Source: Dendrobates tinctorius (taxonomy: Eukaryota). Taken from it: a stretch of DNA of 64,000 nt. Shown here piece by piece: positions 23,829-36,687 of this stretch. Below the pieces are notes generated by a model, which worked only from the letters and a program-made list of their open reading frames with translations, ran no database searches and was not told where the DNA came from. Location: the NCBI RefSeq assembly GCF_039654945.1, contig NW_027361676.1:42718001-42782000 (forward strand), written 5' to 3'. The position numbers were made by a program, and so were the translations under genes. Each line of letters opens with the position of its first letter. The stretch's first letter is position 1.

Positions 23829-24105
23829 TTAAAGACAATCTGTCATCAATTTTTTTGCCTATCAGCTGCGGCCACAGGCATCAGTGGCTTATCTACAGCA
23901 TTCTGTAATGCTGTAGATAAACCCCTGATGTTACCTGAAAGAGAAGAAAAATGAGTTAGATTATACTCACGCAGGGGCATTCCGGGTTCGGAGGGAGACG
24001 TGGTCCGGTCTGACACCTTCCATTTTGCAGCGATGACGTCCTCTTCATTTCTGGCCATCGCGGCTCCGGCGCAGGTGCATTGCTCTGCTCTGTTGAGCAA
24101 AGTAC
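23829..24105 (+). mobile_element. Kolobok/T2-MITE-like arm
   Basis: TTAA-AGACAATCTGTCATC start. Internal hairpin TTATCTACAGCATT...AATGCTGTAGATAA. Confidence 0.55.
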
Positions 24106-25762
24106 CATTTTGTTTTGTTCCCATTTTGTATAAATCTTGTATATGTTTTATAAACACTGCCTATTTTTTTTGGATTAAATATATAAAATGTAATAGCTCT
24201 GTTCCTCTTTCTCTGCAAACAGCACCCATGAAGCCAAACTCTACCTGTATCAGGTATTCAATGAGCCTGTATAAATGATTGGTGATGGTATCTAGTAGTT
24301 GTTTTGTTATTGCAGAGTTGGCAGTGACCCTACCCGTGGGGTATATACGTATAATACAAGCATTGGAATTGGAAGTGTATATGTAGAGGAGAAGACCGGG
24401 CTGTGGGAGCTGACAAGGCAGCAGGTCACAGGTCCAGAACTGCTGGGGCCAGGCCTACTGTTGCAGGGGGAAGGAGATTGAGGAGCAAACCCTTGACCTG
24501 CATTGAGGGGGCATGGTGAGCCAGGGAAGGATACGAGGGTTTGCACAGGAAGAGAAAGGGACTTCGCGCCAGAGAGAGGAGTCAGTGAGGACTGGCGCTG
24601 GGCCGTGGGTAGAGATAAACTGCGTGGCAGCGATTACGGTCAGGTGCAGCAAGGACTCTCAGACCTCATTGGGCATGCGGAGGAATGTACACCGAGTGGA
24701 GGATCACAGTGAATTATTCTTTGCTGTGCTGCAGTATAACGGACTAGGGGCTCAGCGTGTCAGACCGGTGACCATCTGCTGCCGCCAGAAGTCAGACCGA
24801 CTTGTTAGGCGGGGAAGCCGGAAGAACTCAGCACCGGCCTCAGCTGGCAGCCAGCCATCCAACCCAGAAATAGAGAAAGAAATCCGAGTTACGCTAAGTG
24901 AAATAGACATATATAAACTGCCATCTTGAGTTTTTTCCCTTTGACCCCTTAGTGTTTTCCTCTGTTAACCCTTGCCCTGTGCCTCTGTGTCACTGCATCC
25001 TAATAACTGTGTTACATATATGCCATATGCTTATTGTTAGCTCCCCAATAACCAGCCAAGTAGTGGAAGCAGCTGCAGACTTGTTCATCACTCATCAGCC
25101 AATTGTGTAATTGTCATGACGATTGCATTCCCTTGACCGCTGGTGGCAGCAGTGGGATCAGTGTGATTTCTCTGGCGTCATTTGTGACAAAGTGATTTTG
25201 GGCAGCATGAATCAGATGACAGGCTCCCTTTAATTACTGATAATCAATGAGTATGGTTCAATTGGTTTTAGTTTATTCTGCAAGGTACAATCATATACAA
25301 AACTAGGGTAGACAAGTAGTAAAGGCATTGCCCATAACAACCATTCCTATCACTACTATATTGTTCAATCCTACTTTGAAAAAATATAAACTGAATTCTA
25401 ATTTATCTGCAAACTAGATTTGCTTACATAAAGCCCAATTTAATTAGTCAGCAACACAGTAATCATAATAATACCTACAACAATCCAGCCTAGGACCAAT
25501 AATATCATATTAAAATAATCTTTATTGAAAACAAAGTGTACAAGACACATAGTTAAAATATATATGACAATGCAGACAGCATAAAATAAATGAAGGTGGA
25601 GGAATACAGTGCAAATGTTATGATGTAAATATACAGTATAATAACGAGTAACCCAGAGACCAAGGCAAAATAATTTGTTAAATAGAAAATTCTACAGACC
25701 ATGTAAATAGTTCTTGATATCCCTATCTATGAATATAACAGTCACAAAAGTACAGAGTGTAA

Positions 25763-26146
25763 AGCCCCCGTTACACACTGCGATATCGCTAGCAATATCG
25801 CTGTAAAGTCACCGATTTTGTGACGTAGCAGCGATATTGCTAGCGATATCGCTACATGTGATACTTACCTCCGACCCGCTCCCCTGCTGCTCATCGTTGG
25901 TCGTGCGAGAACGTCCTGGATCATTTCTCATCGGGCGCTTCCTGTGGCGCCGACGAGTGAGGCGTGGACGCAGGCGGGAGGACGTCAGGATCGCCGCGTC
26001 TGACAGGTAAGTAGCGAACCCCGACCCCTGCTATGTCGCTGGTGAGATCTGCCTGTGTGGCAGCTCACTAGCAACCACTTAGCGATGCACCAGCGATCCA
26101 TATCGCTGTCGGGATCGCTGGTGCATCGCTAAGTGTAACGGTACCC
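25763..26146. mobile_element. PIF/Harbinger MITE
   Basis: TAA|AGCCCCCGTTACAC ... GTGTAACGGTACCC. Internal GCGATATCGC palindromes. Related to 62195-62856. Confidence 0.8.
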
Positions 26147-26147
26147 T

Positions 26148-27501
26148 AGTCTGACTTCTATACCAGGAAAGATCTTTGAACAAATTATTAAACAACATGT
26201 ATGTCAATACCTGGATAAGAATGAAGTGATTAAACAGAGTCAGCATGGGTTTGTAACTAATAAGTCATGTCAGACTAACTTAATTTCCTTCTATGACGGT
26301 ATCACTGATTGGGTGGATCAAGGAAATGCTGTAGATATAGTATATCTTGACTTCAGCAAAGCATTTGACAAAGTCTCTCATACAATCCTTATTGAAAAAA
26401 TGACTAAGTATGGAATGGACAAGGCAACTGTTAGGTGGATTCATAACTGGCTTAGTGATCGGACCCAAAGAGTGGTCGTAAATGGCTGCACATCCAGTTG
26501 GAAGAATGTCTCAAGTGGGGTACCACAGGGCTCTGTCCTGGGCCCTGTATTGTTCAACATCTTTATCAATGATTTAGATGAAGGAATTGAGGGTAAACTG
26601 ATTAAATTTGCTGATGACACAAAGCTAGGAGGGATAGCTAATACTAGAGAAGAGAGAGAGAGGATTCAAAAAGATTTAAATAAACTGGAGCAGTGGGCAG
26701 CAACTAACAGAATGGTTTTTAACAGGGAGAAATGCAAAGTACTACATCTGGGCAATAAAAATGAAAAAAGCATATATAGAATGGGAGGAATAGGGCTAAG
26801 TGACAGCACATGTGAAAAAGTCTTGGGTATACTAACAGATCACAGACTGAATATGAGTCAACAGTGTGATGCAGCAGCAAAAAAGGCAAATGCAATTCTA
26901 GGATGTATTAACAGAAGCATACAGTCTAGATCACGTGAAGTCATTATTTCCCTCTACTCCTCTTTGGTCAGACCTCATCTGGAATATTGTGTCCAGTTTT
27001 GAGCACCACATTTTAAAAAAGACATCAACAAACTGGAGCAAGTTCAGAAAAGAGCGACCAGAATGGTGACCGGTCTGCAAACCCTGTCTTATGAGGAAAG
27101 GTTGCAGGATTTGGGAATGTTTAGTTTGCAAAAGAGAAGACTGAGAGGAGACTTAATAGCTGTCTACAAATATCTAAAGGGCTGTCACATTGTAGAAGGA
27201 TCAACTTTATTCTCATTTGCACAAGGAAAGACTAGAAGCAATGGAATGAAACTGAATGGGCGGAGACACAGATTAGATATTAGAAAAAACTTTTTGACAG
27301 TTAGAGTGATCAATGAGTGGAACAGGCTGCCACGAGAAGTGGTGAGTTCTCCTTCAATGGAAGTCTTCAAACAGAGGCTGGACAGACATCTGACTGGGAT
27401 GATTTAGCGAATCCTGCTTTGAGCAGGGGGTTGGACCAGATGGCCCAGGAGGTCCCTTCCAACTCTACGATTCTATGTTTCTATGATTCTATGATTCTAT
27501 G
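26148..27501 (+). mobile_element. CR1 LINE, 5'-truncated (same subfamily as 9354-12775)
   Basis: Colinear and near-identical with 11491-12775. (ATTCTATG)n tail. Confidence 0.97.
26226..27407 (+). pseudogene. CR1 ORF2 RT C-terminal half with one nonsense codon near 27000
   Basis: QHGF, YLDFSKAFD, SGVPQGSVLGP and FADD motifs. TGG>TGA splits ORFs 26226-27002 and 27063-27407. Confidence 0.93.
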
Positions 27502-27565
27502 AAGAGTTTAAATATATAAATACAACAAGTAAAGTACCAGTGCACACTAAAAAGGCAACTCTTAT

Positions 27566-30500
27566 GCCCTTAACCCCCAAGGGTGGTTTGCACGTTCATG
27601 ACCGGGCCAATTTTTACAATTCTGACCACTGTCTCTTTATGAGGTAATAATTCTGAAATGCTTCCATGGATCCTGGTGATTCTGACATTGTTTTCTCGTG
27701 ACATATTGTACTTCATGTTAGTGGTAAAATTTCATTCAAATAACTTGCATTTATTTGTGAAAAAAACGGAAATTTGGCAAAAAATTTTAAAATTTCGCAA
27801 TTTTCCAACTTTGAATTTTTATGCCCTTAAATCACAGAGATACGGCACACAAAAAACTTGATAAGTAACATTTCCCACATGTTTACTTTACATCAGCACA
27901 ATTTTGGAACCAAAATTTTTTTTTGTTAGGAAGTTATAAGGGTTAAAAGTTGACCAGCGATTTCTCATTTTTGCAACACCCTTTTATTTTTACGGACCAC
28001 ATCACATTTGAAGCCACTTTGAGGGGTCTATATGATAAATACCCAAAAGTGACACCATTCTAAAAACTGCACCCCTTAAGGTGCTCAAAACCACATTCAA
28101 GAAGTTTATTAACCCTTCAGGTGCGTCACAGGAATTTTTTGAATATTTAAAAAAAATGAACATTTAACTTTTTTTCACAAAAAAATACTTCAGGTTCAAT
28201 TTTTTTATTTTACCAAGGGTAACAGGAGAAATTGGACTGCAAAAGTTATTGTGCAGTTTGTCCTGAGTACGCTGATACCTGATATGTGGGGGCGAACCAC
28301 TGTTCGGCGCATGGCAGAGCTCAGAAGGGAAGGAGCGTTGTTTGACTTTTTCAATGCAAAATTGGCTGGAATTCAGATCGGACGCCATGTCACGTTTGGA
28401 GAGCCCCTGATGTACCTAAACAGTGGAAACCCCCCACAAGTGACCCCATTTTGAAAACTAGACCCCCCCAAGGAATTTATATAGATATGTGGTGAGAACT
28501 TTGAACCCACAAGGGCTTCACAGTTTATAACGTACAGCGGTACAATTAAAAAATCATATTTTTTCCACAAAAATGATCTTTTCACCCCCAATTTTTATTT
28601 TTCCAAGAGTATCAGGACCCTAAAAGTTATTGTGCAATTTGTCTTGAGTAACGCTGATACCCCATATGTGGGTGTAAATGACTATTTGGGCGCATGGCAG
28701 AGCTCAGAAGGGAAGCAGCGCCATTTGACTTTTTTGGCTGGAATTGAGATCGGACACCATGTCGTGTTTGGAAAGCCCCTGACGTACCAAAACAGTGAAA
28801 ACCCCCAACAAATGACACCATTTTGGAAACTAGACCCCCCAAAGAACTTATCTAGATGGTGGTGAGCACTTTTAACCCCCCCGTGCTTCACAGAAGTTTA
28901 TAACGCCCGGGCGTGAAAATAAAAAAATCGTATTTTTTCAACAAACATCATTTAGTCCCCAATTTTTTTATTTTTCCTTTTTATTTTTCCAAGGGTACAA
29001 GGAGAAAATGGACTCCAAAAGTTGTTGTCCAATTTGTCCTGAGTACGCTGATACCTCATATGTGGGAGAAAACTACTGTATGAGCACACGTCGGGGCTCG
29101 GAAGGAGAGTAGTGACGTTTTGGAATGCAGACTTTGATGGAATGGTCTGCGGGTGTCATGTTGCCTTTGGAGAGCCCCTGATGTACCTAAACAGTGGAAA
29201 CCCCCCACAAATGACACCATTTTGGAAACTAGGCCCCCTAAGGAACTTATCTAGATGTGTGGTGAGCACTTTGAACCCCAAAGGGCTTCACAGAAGTTTA
29301 AAAAGCCCGGGCATGAAAATAAAAAAAATCGTATATTTTCCACAAGCATGAACATTTAGTCCCCAATTTTTTTTTTCCCAAGGGTAACAGGAGAAATTGG
29401 ACCACAATAGTTGTTGTCTAATTTGTCATGAGTATGCTGATACCCCATATGTGGGAGAAAACTACTGTATGGGCACACGTCGGGGCTCGGAAGGGAAGTA
29501 GTGACGTTTTGGAATGCAGACTTTGATGGAATGGTCTGCGGGTGTCATGTTGCCTTTGTAGAGCCCCTAATGTACCTAAACTATTGAAAAACCTCACAAG
29601 TGACCCCATTTTGGAAACTAGACCCCCCACAGAACTTATCTAGATGTGTGGTGAGCACTTTGAACCCCCAAGTGCTTCACAGAAGTTTATAACGCCCGGG
29701 CGTGAAAATAAAAAAAACATTTTTTTCCACAAAAATGATATTTTTGCACCAATTTTTTATTTTCCTAAGGGTAACAGGAGAAATTGGACCCCAAAAGTTG
29801 TTTTGAAATTTGTCCTGAGTAGGCCGATACCCTATATGTGGGGGTAAAGCACTGTTTGAGCGCATGGCAGAGCTTGGAAGGGAGGGAGCACCATTTGACT
29901 TTTTCAACGCAGAATTTCCTGGAATTGAGATCAGACGCCATGTTGCATTTGGAGAGCACCTGATGTGCCCAAACAGTGAAAACCCCCCAATTATAACTCC
30001 AACCCTAACCCCAACACACCCCTAACCCTAATCTCAGCCCTAACTCTAGCCCTAGCCCTAACCCTAGCCCTAATGGGAAAATGGAAATAAATACATTTTC
30101 TTTTAATTTTATTATTTTTCCCTAACTAAGGGGGTGATAACGGGGGGTTTGATTTACTATTTATGGAGGTTTTTATTTTTGGCAGCTGTCATACGCTAAA
30201 AAACGCCTTTTGTTGTAAAAATAGTTTTTGCATCACCAAATATTGAGAGCTATAATTTTTCCATATTTTGACCCACCGAGTCATGTGAGGTCTTATTTTT
30301 TGCGGGACGAGCTGACGTTTTTATTGGTATCACTTTCGGGCATGTGACATTTTTTGATCGCTTTTTATTCCGATATTTGGGATGCAGAATGCGCAAAAAC
30401 CAGCGTTTCATGAATTTCTTTTGGGGGGTGCGTTTACACCATTCCGCCTGCGGTAAAATTGATAAAGTGGTTTTAGTCTTCGGGTCGGTATGGTTACAGC

Positions 30501-31451
30501 TATACCTCATTTATGTCTTTTTTTATGTTTTGGCACTTTTATGTAATGAAAACAATTTTATATAAAAAATAATAATTTTTGCTTCGCTTTATTCTGCGAG
30601 CTATAACTTTTTTATTTTATTTTCTGATGATGCTGTGTGGCAGCTCGTTTTTTGCAGGACAAGATGATGTTTTCAATGGTACCATGGATATTTATATGCG
30701 TCTTTTTGATCACGCGCTATTGCACTTTTTGTTCGGTGATATGATAATAAATCATAATTTTTTGCTTCGTTTTTTATTTTTATTTTTTAAGGGGTTCGCT
30801 AAAGGGGTTAACTAATGGGACAGTTTTATAGGGCGGGTCATTACGTACGCGGCGATACCAAATATGTGTACTTTTATTGTTTTTTTTTTTATTTCCAAAA
30901 AATGAATTTATTAGGGAATATTTTGTTTTTTAAATTTATTTAGCAATTTTTTTTAAAATTATTTTTACACTTTTTTTTTAACTTTGTTACATTGTCCCGG
31001 CAATGTAATTGCAATGCAATTGCTGGGTGTCCCAGCAATCTGTCACAGGCACTACGCAGGATTCCTCCTTGCCTGCGCTTTGCAGGCATGAGGAAGCCAG
31101 CTCCCTGCAGGCCCTCGAAGGTCCCCGTCGCCATCTTGGATTCGGGAACCTGCAGGGATGGAGCCCCCCGCAGCAGCGCTGCACATTGCGCTGCTGTGGG
31201 GGGCTCAGGGAAGCACGGAGGGAGCCCCCTCCCTGACAATGCTTCCCTTTAACCCCTGGTACACTGCGATCGTGGCATGCAAGGGGTTAACGTGTCGGGG
31301 GGCGGTCCGTGATTATCACAGCTGAAACCCAGCCGCGATCACGGGCGCTCACCACGTGGGCGCCACTGATCGCTGTGACGTACTATCCCGTCCCTGGGAA
31401 TTAAGTCCCATGGCAGATGGACGGGATAGTACGTCACATGGCAGTAAGGGG
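27566..31451 (+). mobile_element. piggyBac-type non-autonomous element (family A), longer tandem array
   Basis: Colinear with 15241-18493. Ends TAAGGGG|TTAA. Contains an additional ~380-bp unit. Confidence 0.8.
30001..30073 (+). repeat. Telomere-like (CCCTAA/CCCTAG)n tract
   Basis: Direct reading. Same position within the element as 17272-17368. Confidence 0.9.
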
Positions 31452-32109
31452 TTAATTCATCATAGAAAAAATAACAAAAGAGTTTAATTCCTAGTAACTA
31501 AAGGAGTACCAAGAAAAAATAACATAAAAGTACAAAAAATCATAAATAAAGGTTCACATCAATGTTAGAATAATTAAAGAACTACAACCCCATAGTATCA
31601 AAATGCACTACTCATCCTCCACCTCACCCTCCAAAGCATGTTTCAAAATGCTTCCTCAGGGAGTGGGGACTCTGGCCATAAAAAAGCACTCTATGGAGGA
31701 GCAAAAAAGAATGGGTGGGTTTATCAATATTATGCTAAATATAAATGTAGACAGTTTAACCCCTTAACCCCCAAAGCTTTTTTTCGGTTTTGTGTTTTCG
31801 TTTTTCGCTCCCCTCCTTCCCAGAGTCATACATTTTTTTATTTTTCCATCAATATAGCCATGTGAGGGCTTATTTTTTGCGGTATGACTTGTACTTTTGA
31901 ACTACCCCATTGGTTTTACCCTGTCGTGTACTATAAAACAGGAAAAAAATTCCAAGTGCAGTGAAATTGCAAAAAAGTGCAATCCCTCACTTGTTTTGTG
32001 TTTGGCTTTTTTGCTAGGTTCACTAAATGCTAATACTGACCTGCCATTCTGATTCTCCAGGTCCTTACTATTTCATGGACACCAAACATGTCTAGGTTCT
32101 TTTTATCTA

Positions 32110-33667
32110 CACTACCGTTCAAAAGTTTGGGGTCACCCAGTCAATTTTGTGTTTTCCATGAAAACTCCTACTTTTATTAATCAAATGAGTAGCTAAATGA
32201 ATTTAAAATCTAGTCCAGATATTGACAAGGTTAAAAAAAAGATTTTTTTTTAAATAATAATTTTCTCCTTCAAACTTTGCTTTCATCAAAGAATGCTCCC
32301 TTTGCAGCAATTACAGCATTGCAGACCTTTGGCATTATAGCGGTTAATTTGCTGAGGTAATCTGGAGAAATTTCACCCCATGCTTCCAGAAGCCCCTCCC
32401 ACAAGTTGGTTTGGCTTGATGGGCACTTTTTGCGTACCATACGGTTAAGCTGCTTCCACAACAGCTCAATAGGGTTGACATCTGGTGACTGCACCTGCCA
32501 CTCCATTACAGATAGACTATCAGCTGCCTGCTTCTCCCCTAAATAGTTCTTGCATAATTTGGAGGTGTGCTTTGGGTCATTGTCCTGTTGTAGGGTGAAA
32601 TTGGCTCGAATCAAGCACTGTCCACAGGGTATGGCATGGCATTTTAAAATGGATTGATAGCCTTCCTTATTCAAAATCCTTTTTACCTTGTACAAATCTC
32701 CCACTTTACCAGCACCAAAGCAACCCCAGACGATCACGTTACCTCCACCATGCTTGACAGATGGCTTCAGGCACTCTTCCAGCATCTTTTCAGTTGTTCT
32801 GTGTCTCACAAATGTTCTTCTGTGTGATCCAAACACCTCAAGCTTGGATTCGTCTGTCCATAACACTTTTTTCCAATCTTCCTCTGTCCAATGTCTGTGT
32901 TCTTTTGCCAATATTAATCTTTTCCTTTTATTAGTCAGTCTCAGATATGGCTTTTTCTTTGCCACTCTGCCCTAAAGGCCAGCATCCCGGAGTCGCCTCC
33001 TCACTGTAGACGTTTACACTGGTGTTTTGTGTGTACTATTTATTGAAGCTGCCAGTTGAGGACCTGTGAGGCATCGATTTCTCAAACTACAGACTCTAAT
33101 GTACTTGTCTTGTTGCTCAGTTGTGCAGCAGTGCCTCCCACTTCTCTTTCTACTCTGGTTAGAGCCTGTTTGTGCTCTACTCTTAAGGGAGTAGTACACA
33201 CCGTTATAGGAAATCTTCAGTTTCTTGGCAATTTCTCGCAATTTTCTTGTCAAGTTTCACATGAAAGTTCTTTTTTTTCTGGCCATTTTGATAGTTTAAT
33301 GGAACCAACAAATGTAATGCTCCAGATTCTCAAATAGTTCAAAGGATGGTCAGATTTATAGCTTCTCTAATCATCCAAACTGTTTTCAGCTGTGCTAACA
33401 TACTTGCACAAGGGTTTGCAAGTTGCAAGGGTATTCTAACCATCCATTAGCCTTCTTACACAGTAGCAAACAAAAAGTGCCTCTATACACCTATGAACAT
33501 ATTGCATTACAAACCAGACATTTGCAGCTAGAATAGTCATTTACCACATTAACAATGTATAGAGTGAATTTATGAATCATTTAATGTTAGCTTCATTGCA
33601 AAAAACTGTGCTTTTCTTTCAAAAATAAGAAAATTTCTAAGTGACTCCAAACTTTTGAACGGTAGTG
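32110..33667 (-). mobile_element. Tc1-family DNA transposon, DD38E (Intruder-type)
   Basis: TA|CACTACCGTTCAAAAGTTTGG ... CCAAACTTTTGAACGGTAGTG|TA: TIRs with a TA TSD. Confidence 0.95.
32270..33253 (-). pseudogene. Tc1 transposase (HTH fragment 33014-33253 plus catalytic ORF 32270-32965)
   Basis: WTDES, QQDNDPKH and SPDVNPIE motifs, with 38 residues between the second D and E. Split by stop codons. Confidence 0.92.
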
Positions 33668-34716
33668 TAAGTGGTGAACTAAAAATTCCAAACTTTGCTC
33701 AAAACAAAATTGCGTCATTTTCCGAGACCCGTAGCGACTCCATTTTTTGTGATCTCGGGTTTAGTGAGGGCTTATTTTTTGCATACCAGGCTAATGTTTT
33801 TAATGATACCATTTTGGTGCAGATACGATCTTTTGATTCCCCATTATTGCATTTTAATGCAATGTCGCGGTGACCAAAAAGATGTAATTCTGGCGTTTTG
33901 ACTTTCTTTCTCACTACGTCGATCAGAGTTCAAGTTAATCCTTTTTTTTATTGATAGATCGGGCGATTCTGAAAGCGACGATGCTGAATATGTGTATGTT
34001 TGATTTTATTTTTATTGTTTCATTTTGAATGGGTCGAAAGGGGGGTGATTTGAACTTTTATTTTTTTTATTTTTTTATATTTTTAAACACTTTTTTACTT
34101 TTGACATGCTTCAATAGTCTTCATAGGAGACTAGAAGCTGGCATAGCTCGATTGGCTCTGCTACATAGAGGCGATGGTCAGATCGCCTCTATGTAGTAGG
34201 ATTGCTGGCTTGCTATGATTGCCGACCACTGGGTGGCGATCACAGCAGTCTGGCACTGACAACCATAGAGGTTTCCCAGAGACCTCGGGTTGTCATGCTG
34301 GCACACCGGTGACCCGCGATCACGTGACGCAGGGCACGGGTGTGCGTATTTCCGCGGGATTGCTGGAAGTGCCATTTAAATACCGCTGTCAGAGTTTGAC
34401 AGTGACATTTAACTAGTTAATAGCCATGGGTGGATCGCGATTTCACCCTCGGCTATTGCGGAAACATGTCAGGAATAGTCAGGAAGTCTCTTTTCTCTGT
34501 ATAAATCATTCCTCCCTTCACCTCGTGACCTAGTTGCTCCCTGCTCCTCCCCCTACCAGGGACTTTTGTAGTGACTGATGACTCAGACAGGGAAAATTGA
34601 CATCCTGTTTATCCATAGAGTGTAGAAAGATTCAGCTTGTGAGTTTTTAATGATATGATGTCATAGACCTAAGGGAAAGAGAGGAATTAACTGGGTATAA
34701 AGGCAAAGTGAGCCAT

Positions 34717-35344
34717 TGTAGGTACAGTAAAGCAGCGGTGCCCACGCTGTGCAGTGATGAGGCAGTTACCCAGCAAGTTCAAACAACAAAAATGTGTTTA
34801 ATGTCCACACAAAAAAAACACTCTCAGTGCACAACACGCTGCATCCTCTGGATCGCAGCCGGGAAGCAACAAAAGCAGTCTGTGGCCAGTTGCCGTGAAC
34901 GACCGTGCTGCCTGGGTAAAAAAGGGGTGCCAGACCTTGACTCAGCTTGGCCCTGTGTTGCCTCACACAGGGAGCTCTGCAGACCACTGCTCTGTCTCTG
35001 TGCAAGACAGAACTGACACACCCAAACCCTTTCTGCAGGTTTTTTTATTCCTTTCTCCAATGTGTGGCCAAAGGCCACTTATAAGACCTGGGCTGGAGGA
35101 AATGGACCAGACCCCACTACCTTCCTGCAGTCTATTTCAAAAATAAAAGCCCATACCAGGTTTTCCTGAATAAACTCATTGGTCCAAATAACTTGACCAG
35201 GCTCAAGTTCACTTTTATTCTATCCTGTGAGTCACAGGCACACTGATGCGACGACAGGGCACTCCAGCGGATCTAATATGCTTCTGAGCGCATTCTGGGG
35301 GACACATAACGACCCTGATATATGACTCTGGTTGCTCCCTCACA
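34717..35344 (-). repeat. 3' LTR of the Gmr1-like element
   Basis: Minus strand: polypurine tract AGAGGGGGGG-TA, then TGTGAGG...CCTACA. Confidence 0.75.
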
Positions 35345-35383
35345 TACCCCCCCTCTGTTCAAACTTGTGGGGCTGAACATTTG

Positions 35384-36660
35384 TCACCATACAGGGGGCC
35401 GTGACAGGGCATCCGCATTTCCCTGTGACTTCCACACCCTATGTTCCACTGAGAAACTGAAGTTTTGTATGGACAGGAACCATCTGGTGACTCGGGCATT
35501 CCTCTCTTTTGCGTTTCTCACCCAGATGGGGGGGGAATGGACTGTTACCAAATGAAATTGATGCCTGAGCAAATAATAGCGTAGGGACTCCAAGGCCCAC
35601 TTAATCGCCAAGCACTCCTTCTCCACTACGCTATAATTTTTCTCTGCCGGGGTCAGTTTCCTGCTCAAGTAGGTGACTGGATGCTCATCCCCGTTCACCT
35701 CTTGCCACAGCACTGCTCCTAGACCTACCTCCGAGGCATTGGTTTGTACAATAAAGGTCTTCTTGAAGTCGGGGCTGATGAGGACCGGCTGTTCCCACAA
35801 CGCAGACTTCAGGGACTTGAATGCTTTTTCCGCCTGAGGATTCCAATTGACCATCACTGTCCTTTTACCTTTTAAGAGGTCCGATAGGGGTGCTGATTCC
35901 CCCGAAAAATTGGGTATAAACCGGCGGTAGTAACCAATGATGCCAAGGAATGCCCTCACTTGCTTAGTACTTAAGGGCTTGGGCCAGTTTTGGATGGCCT
36001 CAATCTTGTTTACTTGGGGTTCGATCACCCCGCAACAGATCACGTAACCCAAGTACTGAGCTTCCGTGAGCCCTATTGCACATTTCTTTGGGTTTGCTGT
36101 TAAGCCCGCTACTCGGCGTGAGTCTAACATGGCTTGTACCTGGGACAGGTGGGTCTCCCAGTTGGTACTAAAGATGACTATGTTATCTAAATAGGCTGAT
36201 GCGTATTTCCGATGAGGTTCTAATACTATGTCCATTAGCCTCTGGAATGTGGCCGGAGCCCCATGTAACCCAAAGGGTAAGACAACATAGTGAAACAGAC
36301 CCTCTGGCGTGATAATGCGTTCTTCTCTTTAGCCGATTCTGTCAGGGGAACCTGCCAGTACCCTTTAGTGAGGTCAAGCATGGTGAAGTACTGGGCCTTT
36401 CCCAGTCTTTCAATTAGCTCGTCCACCCGAGGCATTGGGTAGAGGTCAAATTTTGACACCTCATTTAACTTCCTGAAGTCATTACAGAAATGTAACGACC
36501 CATCCGGTTTCGGTATTAACACAATGGGGCTAGCCCACTCACTCCGGGACTCTTCAATGACTCCCAATTAAAGCATTTGCTTCACTTCAGCCGCTATCGC
36601 TTGCCTCCTGGCTTCAGGCACTCGGTATGGTTTCATCTGTATCTTAACATGGGGCTCGGT
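35384..36660 (-). pseudogene. Gypsy RT / RNase H (frameshifted; catalytic YLDD reads YLDN)
   Basis: SEWASPIVLIPKPDG, LDLTKGYWQV, YLDNIVIFS, TNASEVGLGAVL, NYSVVEKECLA, NADALSR. Confidence 0.93.
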
Positions 36661-36687
36661 GATAATGTCATGCTGTATCACCAAGGT

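Larger units (their letters stand above)
23992..27535 (-). repeat. Right arm of the inverted duplication, interrupted by MITE plus CR1 (25763-27501)
   Basis: Homology stops at ...CAGAGTGTAA (25762) and resumes at AAGAGTTTAAATATATAAATACAACAAGTAAAGT (27502-27535). Confidence 0.9.
31760..34470 (+). mobile_element. piggyBac-type non-autonomous element (family B), 3'-truncated, hosting a Tc1 insertion
   Basis: TTAA|CCCCTTAACC start. Colinear with 5033-6278 once 32110-33669 is removed. Confidence 0.75.
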
